Shown here: piece after piece, positions 6,913 to 15,908 of the stretch
How positions within the stretch are numbered: the stretch's first letter is position 1
Layout of the letters: each line of letters opens with the position of its first letter
NCBI GenBank assembly: GCA_048882485.1
Contig: JBHLRP010000038.1
Span: 1 to 29,604, forward strand
Source: Candidatus Thorarchaeota archaeon
GTDB taxonomy: Archaea > Asgardarchaeota > Thorarchaeia > Thorarchaeales > Thorarchaeaceae
DNA: 29,604 nt
Direction: 5' to 3'
Made by a program: the position numbers and the translations under genes
Notes under the pieces: model-generated
Told to the model about the DNA's origin: nothing
Seen by the model: the letters and a program-made list of their open reading frames with translations, nothing else
Databases searched by the model: none

Positions 6913-9075
6913 TCAGTTCATGAGACCGTCTATTGCCTCCCTCATGCGCTTACTCTCTTCCACAGGATTGGGGAAAGTGATGCTGCGCGCCGTTATGTCC
7001 AGTGAGTCCTTGAATCTTGACACAGATCCCTGAACCACAACATATCTTCCTAGAGCTCTATCAGAGTTCTGCTCTAAAGGTTCCAGACGATTACCAGAGC
7101 TCTTGATGAGTTCCTGAGCTTCGTCAGTTGTCATTTGAAGTAGTGCCTCTCCAGCTTCTCCGAACAATGTCGTTCTAATTGTGCCAGATCCGTCATCAAC
7201 GGTGATTTTATACCTCATCCTATATTCAGGTTTCTTAACATCTCCACAGACGGCACAAGTGAACCGTCCTCCTTCTTCATCCACCTTCTTTCTGCAGTTT
7301 GGACAGGCAGGATAGATTGGGCTGCTCTGGGCTATCGCCACTACGATTCCACAGACCTCTATATTCTTTCCTTCTGTGCTCTCGTCTATATCCCCAATCA
7401 GTACTCTTCCAGCAGGGTGTGCTGCAGGTCGTGATGATAGTTCGGTCAACTCCATCTGTTCAAGACGAGACCCTTTCGGATTGACCTCTATCTCCGCTCG
7501 TCGACCAATATGTACCTCTACACCACCCCTGAATCCTTCCTTGGCATATGCATGAGTGACGCTAACCACGTCACCCTCATCAAGGGACTTTATCTTGTCC
7601 ACGTCTTCATTCCAGAATGTTAGCCGAATCTGGGCTGTTTCATCTGCTATGATTACATTCTGAACACGGCCTTTTCCACCGTCCCTATTGTCAAATGTAT
7701 TGACTGGAAACACTCTGACTACCTTTCCTTCTACATCCACATCTCGCATCTCAACAGTGATCTCTGCGAGGGCTTTCTTGCCGACCCCTTCAGGCGCCGC
7801 AACAGGTTCTGCTGAAACTTTTAGTTTTTCAAGCTTTGATCCCTTTGGGTTAATGACAACTTCAGCTGCTCGACCCATATGGATTTCGACGCCTCCTCTA
7901 TACCCCTCCTTGGCATAGACGTGCTTGACACTGACTACATCATCCACTTTGAGGTCTGCAATCTTGTCGACATCTTCGTTCCAAAAGGTGAGTCGAATTT
8001 GTGCGGTTTCATCTGCAATGATTATGTTCTGCACTCTTCCCTCCTTTCCTCCTCTGTCAAATGTGTTGACTGGGAATATTTGAACAACCTTGCCCTCTAC
8101 ATCCACATCACGCATCTCAATGGTGATGTCTGCAATCTTTTTCTTACCAACAGGCGGGGGAGCGATTCTCACAGGTGATTCTACGGCATCAACCTCTACT
8201 TTCAAGTCCTTCTCGATTTGCGCTGACCTGCCGGCATGAATCTCAATATTGCCATAACGCCCGCTCCTAGTGTATCCTCCATGGAGCCTGAAGACCTCTC
8301 CAACTTCAGCATTCTCCATCTCTTCGGCGTCCTTGTCCCAGAATACACATCTTATCTCGCCTGTTTCATCTGCGGCGATTATGCTCAAAACCTTCCCTTC
8401 AGGTTCGCCCTCCTCTCTGGGGAAGGTGCTCATCGGAAAGACCTTCTGAACCTTGGCAGTGATAGTGATGTTGTACATCTTTTCATCCACAAGCTCGTTG
8501 ATTTTCGTGGACACGGTTTCGCCAAAATCAATTCCAAGGTCCTCAATCTCATACTCGTCTAGTACCTTTATCCCAGCCATTCGGCCCATGTTAATCTCAA
8601 GGGCATCACCCAGACCCTTTTTCACATATCCTCCACGCAGCTGAATGACATCACCAATCTTGACTATGTCTTCTTCAACAACTCTACTTATCTCATCCCA
8701 GAGAGCTACTCTCATCTCACCTGTTTCATCTGCAACAATAAGACTGGCAACCTTTCCATCGCCCCCGTCCTTTCGTGTGAAGGCTCGAACTGGATTAATG
8801 CTGACCACTTTCGCAGTCAATGGGGCTCTTCCTGTGGACTCTGTTATGTCTTCGATCCTGATTCGCGCTTTTGCAGAAACCTGCTGTAGGTCAATGCCAA
8901 GTTCGCGCGCAATAATCATTGCTGCTGACTCATCATTGACAACCTCTGGACCAAGCTCCTGTCTCTTCTCATCAATCATTTTGAGAACTTCATCGCGTTG
9001 ATACTCTGTGTGTTTCAGAATGAGCTCAATCGTTTCCTCAAGTGTGAGCACTTCTATTACCGTCCTGACGACCAC
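6913..9075 (-). CDS. rpa: Replication protein A large subunit (multi-OB ssDNA-binding protein with zinc finger)
   Basis: N-terminal helical domain, four OB folds each with [IV]ADET[GA].[IM]R...W-like motifs, and a C-terminal OB fold with CPNC...CAVC and DDGSG. The true start may be GTG at 9051. Confidence 0.9.
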   Translation of the reverse strand: MVVRTVIEVLTLEETIELILKHTEYQRDEVLKMIDEKRQELGPEVVNDESAAMIIARELGIDLQQVSAKARIRIEDITESTGRAPLTAKVVSINPVRAFTRKDGGDGKVASLIVADETGEMRVALWDEISRVVEEDIVKIGDVIQLRGGYVKKGLGDALEINMGRMAGIKVLDEYEIEDLGIDFGETVSTKINELVDEKMYNITITAKVQKVFPMSTFPREEGEPEGKVLSIIAADETGEIRCVFWDKDAEEMENAEVGEVFRLHGGYTRSGRYGNIEIHAGRSAQIEKDLKVEVDAVESPVRIAPPPVGKKKIADITIEMRDVDVEGKVVQIFPVNTFDRGGKEGRVQNIIIADETAQIRLTFWNEDVDKIADLKVDDVVSVKHVYAKEGYRGGVEIHMGRAAEVVINPKGSKLEKLKVSAEPVAAPEGVGKKALAEITVEMRDVDVEGKVVRVFPVNTFDNRDGGKGRVQNVIIADETAQIRLTFWNEDVDKIKSLDEGDVVSVTHAYAKEGFRGGVEVHIGRRAEIEVNPKGSRLEQMELTELSSRPAAHPAGRVLIGDIDESTEGKNIEVCGIVVAIAQSSPIYPACPNCRKKVDEEGGRFTCAVCGDVKKPEYRMRYKITVDDGSGTIRTTLFGEAGEALLQMTTDEAQELIKSSGNRLEPLEQNSDRALGRYVVVQGSVSRFKDSLDITARSITFPNPVEESKRMREAIDGLMN
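7455..8148 (-). repeat. Tandem intragenic duplication of an OB fold (366-bp offset) within rpa
   Basis: The two units begin GKKKIADITIEMRDVDVEGKVV and GKKALAEITVEMRDVDVEGKVV and share IIADETAQIRLTFWNEDVDKI exactly. Gly codons at 8148 and 7782. Confidence 0.85.
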
Positions 9076-9201
9076 TTCTGGCGTTTGGTCAACATCATGT
9101 ACATCGTCTCTCCTTTAAAGCTCACTACTCAAAACTGCCGAGCTGGCTATGCCCGTCCGAAAGATAAAAGACGTAATCCCATAACAAAGGTCTGACAAGC
9201 T

Positions 9202-12200
9202 GTGACCGAGTCTGTACCAAGCCTTCCAGCCCATAGTGTAAGCTATGCTGAGTACTTTGAGACCATCAACAAAGAAGTCCAGAGGATCTACAAGGTAGCG
9301 GAAAAGGCCAGGGCAATGGGATTTGACCCTACAACTAGAGTGGAAATCCCTCCAGCTCATGATGTTGCAGCACGTGTGGAAGCCACTCTTGGTGGACCAG
9401 TTGGTGTTGCCAAACGGATTAGGGAGCTTATTCAGGAGTATGAAACTCGCGAAGAAGTGGCCTTTGCAGTTGCAGGAGAGATTGCAACAGGCAAGTTAGG
9501 AGCGATTAAAGATGAGGAAAAGGCCGCAGACAAAGCTGTACGTGTCGCACTTGCTATCCTGACTGAGAGCATAACAGCTGCGCCTATAGAAGGCATCTCC
9601 AAAGTAAAGATACAAGGACATGGCTATAACAAGTACCTTGCCCTCTACCTAGCTGGCCCGATTCGTGCAGCAGGCGGGACTGAGGCTGCTATGACAGTGC
9701 TAGTAGCGGACTATGTACGCCAGGTTCTAGAACTGCCTCCGTTTGTGGCAACCGAACGTGAGATTGAGCGTGCTATTGAGGAAGTGGAGCTATATGCAAG
9801 ATACGTGCATCTTCAGTATCCTGTTGAACCAGAGTTAGTCCGGCTTGCTGCATCGAAGCTTCCCATTATGCTGACTGGAGAGCCTACAGAAGAATTCGAG
9901 GTTACTGGAAGTCGCGATATTGAAAGAATAGGGAAAGAGAATCGTGTTCGAGGAGGAGCTGTTCTAGTTCTCAATGATGGGGTTGTAGGTAGGGCTACAA
10001 AGCTAGCTAAGATAGTAAATGAGAACTCCATTAAAGACTGGGAGTGGTTGAATGATTTAGCAGCCAAGTCATCTAAAGCAGCATCAGCTGAGGACTCCGT
10101 AGAGAAGAAACTTGAGCCCAAGTCTGACTATCTAGCTGACGTTATTGGAGGACGCCCGGTCTTCTCTCATCCATCTAGCACGGGCGGGTTTCGACTGAGA
10201 TATGGTCGGTCACGCAACACAGGTCTTGCTGGAGTTGGAGTTCACCCCGCCACTATGTATCTAGTGGATGAGTTTCTAGCCCCGGGAACCCATATCAGAA
10301 CTGAACGACCGGGCAAGGGCTCTATAGTCGCTCCAGTTGATACTATAGAGGGACCCATCGTCTTGCTGAAGGACCGGTCAGTGAAACAGGTGTTTTCAGT
10401 CAGTGAGGCACGGAAACTTCAGGGACAGATAGAACGAATCCTCTATCTTGGAGACATTCTGGTAGCATTGGGTGAGTTTCTAGAGAACAACCATCCACTG
10501 GTTCCCTCAGGATACTGTGAGGAGTGGTGGTCTCATGATCTTGAAAGAGTCTATTCAAGTCTTGATGCAAGGAAGATACAGAAACTCATCGCTGGGTCTG
10601 ATTTGACTGTCGAAGATATTGACCAGCTCATCGAGTCGCCACTAACCCGGATTCCAAGTCCAGATGAAGCTATTTTTCTCTCAACCAAATTGGGGATTCC
10701 GCTTCATCCTAGATACTTGTACCGTTGGTCTGCCCTCACTGTGGAAAATATGCTTGATATAAGGAGCTGGCTACTCAGAGAACACAGGATTGAACGTGGT
10801 GCCGAAGGAGAACGGATGATACTACCCTTCGATCAGAAATACAAGAACATCCTGGAGAAGCTGGGAGTTTCTCACACTCTTATTGATGATGGCACCCGAA
10901 TCGAGCTTGCAGACAACCCTCTGACTATCTTATCGCAACTTGGCGAGAAGAAGGACACAGCAGTCGGCAGCAATGCACTGGAGGCATTAGCTTCGTGTGC
11001 AAAAGTGCCCTTGAGAGATAAGATGGGTTTTTCCATCGGTGCTAGGATGGGCCGACCGGAAAAGGCTCAAGAACGAAAAATGCGCCCTCCAGTCCAAGTT
11101 CTATTCCCTGTAGGCCGTTCTCTCTCCACTGAACGCAGAATGGTGAAAGTAGCCAAGAGCACGGCGCAGGTAGCTCAAATTCATGACTTCGACCTCGACA
11201 ATGACAAGGAGGACAAGAAGGAGGGTAAAATCCCGTCTGTTGGAGTCAATCTTGAGCTTGTGCATAGAGTCTGTCCTACGTGCAAGAATGAAACCTTCGA
11301 ATCAAGATGTAATAAATGTGGCACTCATACCGAGGTACAAATGTTGTGTTCTGAATGCAATAAGCCAGTAGACCCGTCTAAAGGAATCTGCTCATCGCAT
11401 CTTGGTGCCAGGGTTCGAGGCACAAAAGAAAGGCATGTGGACATAAAGGGTCTGTTAGACCGTGTGAAGGCAGAGATAGATGAGCCCCAAGCATATGACC
11501 TGCGCGCCGTTTTAGGTCTTACAAGTGACCTGAAGATTCCTGAATATCTTGGAAAAGGGATCCTCCGCGCTAAACACGACGTGTATTGCTATCGTGACGG
11601 GACTGCACGATTTGACGTCACTGATGCTCCCCTTACACATTTCAGACCTCGAGAAATTGGGGTTCCAGTAAGCAAGTTACGAGAGCTGGGCTATATCAGT
11701 GACCATCACGGGGCGCCTCTCGTTTCCGATATGCAGATACTTGAGCTCAAAGTACAGGATCTAATCGTACCTGAGAATTGTGCTGATTACATGGTTCGAG
11801 TAGGGCGATTCGTTGATGACGGCTTGGAAAAGATCTACAAGAAGAAGAGATACTATAACTTCAAGGCTCCAGAGGACACGATTGGCCAGCTTGTTGTTGG
11901 TCTGGCACCACACACATCTGCAGGAATCATTGGAAGAATTGTTGGATTTACAAATGCTAGCGTCTGCTATGCACATCCCTTCTGGCATGCAGCAAAACGT
12001 AGAAACTGTGACGGGGATGAAGATGCAATCATCTTGGTCCTTGATGCACTCATCAACTTCTCTAAGGAGTATCTTCCAGCAGGACGAGGAGGCTTCATGG
12101 ATGCTCCTCTTGTCCTCTCAGTCATTCTAAATCCCGAAGAAGTCGATGATGAGAGCCATAACATAGAGGTTTGTTATCGCTATCCTGCTGAGTTCTATGA

Positions 12201-12753
12201 AATGGTTGCCAAGGCTCAACATCCCAAAGCCGTGCAGCATCTCGTTGATATCGTGGGGTCTCGCCTGGGCAAAGAGGAGCAATATGAGGGATTCGGCTTC
12301 ACTCATGATACATCATCAATAGATGATGGTCCTCGGAACACAAGATACAAGACTTTGGGAAGTATGGCTGAGAAACTCGAGGCACAGCTTCATCTGGCGA
12401 TTCTTCTTGATGCAGTCGATTCGAAGGATGTAGCTGAGAGGGTTCTTTCCCATCACTTCATTCGTGATATACGGGGCAACCTGCGTGCATATTCTACGCA
12501 AAAGATACGATGTCGCAAGTGCAGCAGGGTCTACCGTCGAATACCTATGTCTGGTAAATGCACAAGATGCGGTGAGGGCTTATTGCTCACGGTCAGTCAG
12601 AGGAATATCTCAAAGTATCTTGCAGTTGCTGAAAAGATGATGCGTGATCATGACCTCAGTCAGTATCTTCAACAGCGCCTGAAACTCATCAATGCGGCTC
12701 TGAATTCACTCTTTGTTTCAGAACAGACTGACCTTACAGACTTCTTTGAATGA
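9202..12753 (+). CDS. polC: DNA polymerase D large subunit DP2
   Basis: AGPIRAAGGT, GGFRLRYGRSRNTG, RMGRPEKA, catalytic KRRNCDGDED, zinc fingers, C-terminal PIP box QTDLTDFF. No intein. Confidence 0.97.
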   Translation: MTESVPSLPAHSVSYAEYFETINKEVQRIYKVAEKARAMGFDPTTRVEIPPAHDVAARVEATLGGPVGVAKRIRELIQEYETREEVAFAVAGEIATGKLGAIKDEEKAADKAVRVALAILTESITAAPIEGISKVKIQGHGYNKYLALYLAGPIRAAGGTEAAMTVLVADYVRQVLELPPFVATEREIERAIEEVELYARYVHLQYPVEPELVRLAASKLPIMLTGEPTEEFEVTGSRDIERIGKENRVRGGAVLVLNDGVVGRATKLAKIVNENSIKDWEWLNDLAAKSSKAASAEDSVEKKLEPKSDYLADVIGGRPVFSHPSSTGGFRLRYGRSRNTGLAGVGVHPATMYLVDEFLAPGTHIRTERPGKGSIVAPVDTIEGPIVLLKDRSVKQVFSVSEARKLQGQIERILYLGDILVALGEFLENNHPLVPSGYCEEWWSHDLERVYSSLDARKIQKLIAGSDLTVEDIDQLIESPLTRIPSPDEAIFLSTKLGIPLHPRYLYRWSALTVENMLDIRSWLLREHRIERGAEGERMILPFDQKYKNILEKLGVSHTLIDDGTRIELADNPLTILSQLGEKKDTAVGSNALEALASCAKVPLRDKMGFSIGARMGRPEKAQERKMRPPVQVLFPVGRSLSTERRMVKVAKSTAQVAQIHDFDLDNDKEDKKEGKIPSVGVNLELVHRVCPTCKNETFESRCNKCGTHTEVQMLCSECNKPVDPSKGICSSHLGARVRGTKERHVDIKGLLDRVKAEIDEPQAYDLRAVLGLTSDLKIPEYLGKGILRAKHDVYCYRDGTARFDVTDAPLTHFRPREIGVPVSKLRELGYISDHHGAPLVSDMQILELKVQDLIVPENCADYMVRVGRFVDDGLEKIYKKKRYYNFKAPEDTIGQLVVGLAPHTSAGIIGRIVGFTNASVCYAHPFWHAAKRRNCDGDEDAIILVLDALINFSKEYLPAGRGGFMDAPLVLSVILNPEEVDDESHNIEVCYRYPAEFYEMVAKAQHPKAVQHLVDIVGSRLGKEEQYEGFGFTHDTSSIDDGPRNTRYKTLGSMAEKLEAQLHLAILLDAVDSKDVAERVLSHHFIRDIRGNLRAYSTQKIRCRKCSRVYRRIPMSGKCTRCGEGLLLTVSQRNISKYLAVAEKMMRDHDLSQYLQQRLKLINAALNSLFVSEQTDLTDFFE

Positions 12754-12758
12754 GCTAA

Positions 12759-13607
12759 TTATTCCTCGAGCGCCAGCTTGAGCAGGTCCCTATCCTCAAT
12801 CATTCCAATCAGGCTATTTGTTGCAGAGAGTACTGGTGCTTGATCTATGTCATTCTTTCTGAATGTCCTGACACATTCTGGAATTGTGCTTACTTCGTTG
12901 ACACTGATTATGTTCCTAGTCATCACGTCTTTTACTGGGACATTTGGAAGTCGGAGCAGTTTCTTGGTGACTACCAGGAAGTCCTTTGAGTCCCAGCTCC
13001 ATTCAACGGAGGAGTCCGTACCACTATACGTTTTTGATACATTGTTCTCGGTCGTCACTTCAGACAATCGAATGAAGTCACTGACAGTAATCATTCCTGT
13101 GACTCCACCAACCTCGTTTACAAGAACCAGCGCATTTTTGCCTGCCATCTCCATCAGCATGTACGCTAGTGGACAGGGGGTTTCCTCCCAAGCTGCATTG
13201 ATCTGCGGTCTTATGTAATCACCAATCTTGACGTCTTGGAATTTCTCATTCTCCTCTAGGACTGCTCCCAAGATGTCAGGAACCGTTACAAGGCCTACGA
13301 GTTCTTCATTATCCACCACAGGAAGTCGTCTGAACCCTTTATCCAGCATCAGCTTAGTTGCGGTCTTCACCAGTGTCCTCGGCGAAACTGTTTCAGGATC
13401 TCTTACCATCAGCATAGCAAGCTGCGTCTCATCTGTCTTTCTCAAAAGATCACTTCTAGTGACCATTCCCACTAGGGTCTTCGTGCCCTTCTTCACAACT
13501 GGGATTCCATTTACCTGCTTTTCTGCCATGATTTGCAGGACGTCCTCTCTAGTTCCAGGCACGTAGGCAAATACCACATCAGATTGCATGCACTGTGCGA
13601 CTTTCAT
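12759..13607 (-). CDS. Tandem four-CBS-domain protein
   Basis: Repeated CBS signatures (IPVV...LVGMVTRSDL, RRLPVV...LVGLVT, GMITVSD, APV...LIGMIEDRDL). Confidence 0.88.
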   Translation of the reverse strand: MKVAQCMQSDVVFAYVPGTREDVLQIMAEKQVNGIPVVKKGTKTLVGMVTRSDLLRKTDETQLAMLMVRDPETVSPRTLVKTATKLMLDKGFRRLPVVDNEELVGLVTVPDILGAVLEENEKFQDVKIGDYIRPQINAAWEETPCPLAYMLMEMAGKNALVLVNEVGGVTGMITVSDFIRLSEVTTENNVSKTYSGTDSSVEWSWDSKDFLVVTKKLLRLPNVPVKDVMTRNIISVNEVSTIPECVRTFRKNDIDQAPVLSATNSLIGMIEDRDLLKLALEE

Positions 13608-13783
13608 GCTGATACCTTCATTGTTGGCTTACTTTACTCGGGTATTGTAGAAGCGGCGCGTCAAAGCATTGGCTTTACTAAACCAATTAGCCCAGCGGCA
13701 ATGTCGAAATAGATAGGGCCGGTAGCACCTACTCCCTTTGGCTTTAAAATGTAGTGGCATGTCAAATTATACGCTTCAAACAG

Positions 13784-14344
13784 TCACCAAGGGTTCTTCT
13801 TGAATCCCAAGAGGTAACCTAGGGCGTTGCTCACCCAATGAATGACTAATGTGGTGATAATGAGTACCACTGAATAGATTCCTTCAGGCTGGAGGAGTGG
13901 ATATGCAAAGAGGAGTGCCATGATTATGAATCCAAGCTGATCAAGTACTGGGGAGGGCCCTCCGCTCTGTACATTTGCCCTTCTCTTCAAAAAGGATCCA
14001 ATGAGGTCACCAGCCAGTGCTCCAAAAGAAAGAAGAAAACCCACAGAAATCGTCATGAATAGAATATACTCCATACTCGGAGTCACTGTAACAAATTCTG
14101 CCAAAATAGGCATTAGATATGGAGCTAGAATATGCTGTCCCAGACCAGTCAAAGTACCAAAGAACACGCCAGCAATGAACCCCCGTATCGTCTTACCATC
14201 TCCCAGGATTCTGTGACCATCTCGCATGACTCTGCCACCATCAATTGGCCTACCGCCTCCAAATATCACAGGAGTTGCGTTGGCAATCCAAGCCGGCAAT
14301 CCTAGCCACACTGATAGTTCTAGCAGAGCTAGTGCTTCATACAT
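13784..14344 (-). CDS. carS: CDP-archaeol synthase
   Basis: PAWIANATPV, PIDGG, GDGKT, GDLIGSFLKRR, LDQL, KKNPW; multi-TM. Confidence 0.93.
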   Translation of the reverse strand: MYEALALLELSVWLGLPAWIANATPVIFGGGRPIDGGRVMRDGHRILGDGKTIRGFIAGVFFGTLTGLGQHILAPYLMPILAEFVTVTPSMEYILFMTISVGFLLSFGALAGDLIGSFLKRRANVQSGGPSPVLDQLGFIIMALLFAYPLLQPEGIYSVVLIITTLVIHWVSNALGYLLGFKKNPW

Positions 14345-14377
14345 TTGGCGTGACTCCTAGAGAACCCAATTGGGGCC

Positions 14378-15109
14378 TCATTTCATTGTTTCCTTTTCCT
14401 CCGGTTCCAGCGCCAATCCTCTTTCTGCGAGGAAAAGCTTGCACATCGAGGGCTCGCCCTCCGGTCTTAATCTTTTCAGTATCCTCTCCCTCGTTCCTTT
14501 ACCAACACGCATCTTCAGAATATAGTCTGACCAATAATCAAGAATGTTGCTGGCAACAGGCTCAAACCCCTCAGTTCTATCCATGCTTCCCCGTACTTGG
14601 TTTAGAACAAGCACTGCAATATCTCTCTCTCTTGCCAGCCCTTTCAAAACTCCCGCCTGTCGGTTGAGTTCCCGATGATTGAGATAGTTAGTGTCGCGGT
14701 CGTCCAACACTGATCGATATAACCGAGTCAACGTGTCAATGACAACAAGTCTGGTTTCATCATGTGCGTATAGCTCAATGTCGTCTATCAGAGCACTCTG
14801 TTCTTCAAAGTCCTTAGGAGATAGAATCATCATCCTGTCTTTGATATGCTCAAACTCTTTACCTGAAATCTGTTCTAGCCTTTCAATTGGGGAAGCGGAC
14901 TCTGAATTGATATAGATGGTTCTTACGCCTATTCTATGTGCCGCACTTGCAAACTGAAGGGCAACAGTGGTCTTTCCTGCAGCTGCTTCTCCATAGAAGT
15001 GAATAAACAGACCGGTGGAAAGTCCGCCATTGAGGACCCTGTCCAAGGCTGACACACCTGACGGAAGAATCAAATCACCTTTCACCGGCCTCAAGATGTC
15101 ACAAGACAA
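14378..15109 (-). CDS. radB: DNA repair and recombination protein RadB
   Basis: RecA core without the RadA N-terminal domain: LDRVLNGGL, Walker A GEAAAGKT, Walker B LVVID, VLNQV. Start uncertain by a few codons. Confidence 0.8.
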   Translation of the reverse strand: MSCDILRPVKGDLILPSGVSALDRVLNGGLSTGLFIHFYGEAAAGKTTVALQFASAAHRIGVRTIYINSESASPIERLEQISGKEFEHIKDRMMILSPKDFEEQSALIDDIELYAHDETRLVVIDTLTRLYRSVLDDRDTNYLNHRELNRQAGVLKGLARERDIAVLVLNQVRGSMDRTEGFEPVASNILDYWSDYILKMRVGKGTRERILKRLRPEGEPSMCKLFLAERGLALEPEEKETMK

Positions 15110-15140
15110 GTGATAAGCCTAACTCAGAAGGAGTAATGTA

Positions 15141-15908
15141 ATGCCAAGGTACGAGGTAGCAATTGCCACAAGGAACCCAAAAATCCGCTATCTTGCTGTG
15201 AATCTCATGAAGCGGCTTGGTATTGGTTTCATAATCTGTGCTCCTGATGACGAAAAATGCGCGGCGTCACAAGTTGTAATAACAACTGACAGCGAGGCCG
15301 CACACTTCCATACAAGTCGCCTTGTAGTGGTAGACGAAGCTTCCAATGATGATGCTACCGCTATAGAAATCATGTTGGCACTCCTAGACATCAGAAACCC
15401 TTCAGTAATAGCTATTGGCATTGATCCAGGAATGAAATTTGGCTTGGCACTGGTTGCCGATGGAGTGGCTATCTATGCAATCACAGCATCTACTCCCCGG
15501 ATAGCCGCCAATTATACGTTTCATTGGATATCCGTCATCCACAAACATTTCGGAAATCGTGTGTTGGTACGTGTGGGCACCGGATCCCGATTATATTCAG
15601 CACTCTACCTACGCAGTATCAAAGAAAGAGCCACCAATGCATTCCAAGTCGAGATGGTTGATGAACGGCATACAACCAAAAGAGGGGAATCAGACAAATC
15701 ATCTGCCACACTAATAGCTTCCCGAAAAGGTCGTCCTGTTTCTGATGAGGACCTCGTGCTTGATACAAAGGCTGGATATGTTCGGTCATTGAAGCGTCTT
15801 GTCGCCAAAGTCACAGAAGGCAGACTAATTCTTACTTCCGCACAGGCTAAATCCGTTTTACTGAATGAAATCCCCCTGGACGAGATTCTGGGCAATGCGC
15901 ATCAATAG
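15141..15908 (+). CDS. Uncharacterised protein with YqgF/RNase H-fold nuclease-like domain
   Basis: IAIGIDPG..FGLAL, VRVGTG, VDERHTT and D..SA..IA match the YqgF-like motif order. Additional N-terminal alpha/beta domain and C-terminal helical tail. Confidence 0.65.
   Translation: MPRYEVAIATRNPKIRYLAVNLMKRLGIGFIICAPDDEKCAASQVVITTDSEAAHFHTSRLVVVDEASNDDATAIEIMLALLDIRNPSVIAIGIDPGMKFGLALVADGVAIYAITASTPRIAANYTFHWISVIHKHFGNRVLVRVGTGSRLYSALYLRSIKERATNAFQVEMVDERHTTKRGESDKSSATLIASRKGRPVSDEDLVLDTKAGYVRSLKRLVAKVTEGRLILTSAQAKSVLLNEIPLDEILGNAHQ

Noticed and set aside
9202-12753. Possible intein in DP2
   Set aside because: Length is normal, the catalytic RRNCDGDED is uninterrupted, and there are no splicing or LAGLIDADG motifs. 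The only insertion is a short charged loop (DFDLDNDKEDKKE).
13629-13760. 43-codon minus-strand ORF (MPLHFKAKGSR...) upstream of the CBS gene
   Set aside because: It starts upstream of the likely TATA box, has no SD, and shows no protein-like pattern.
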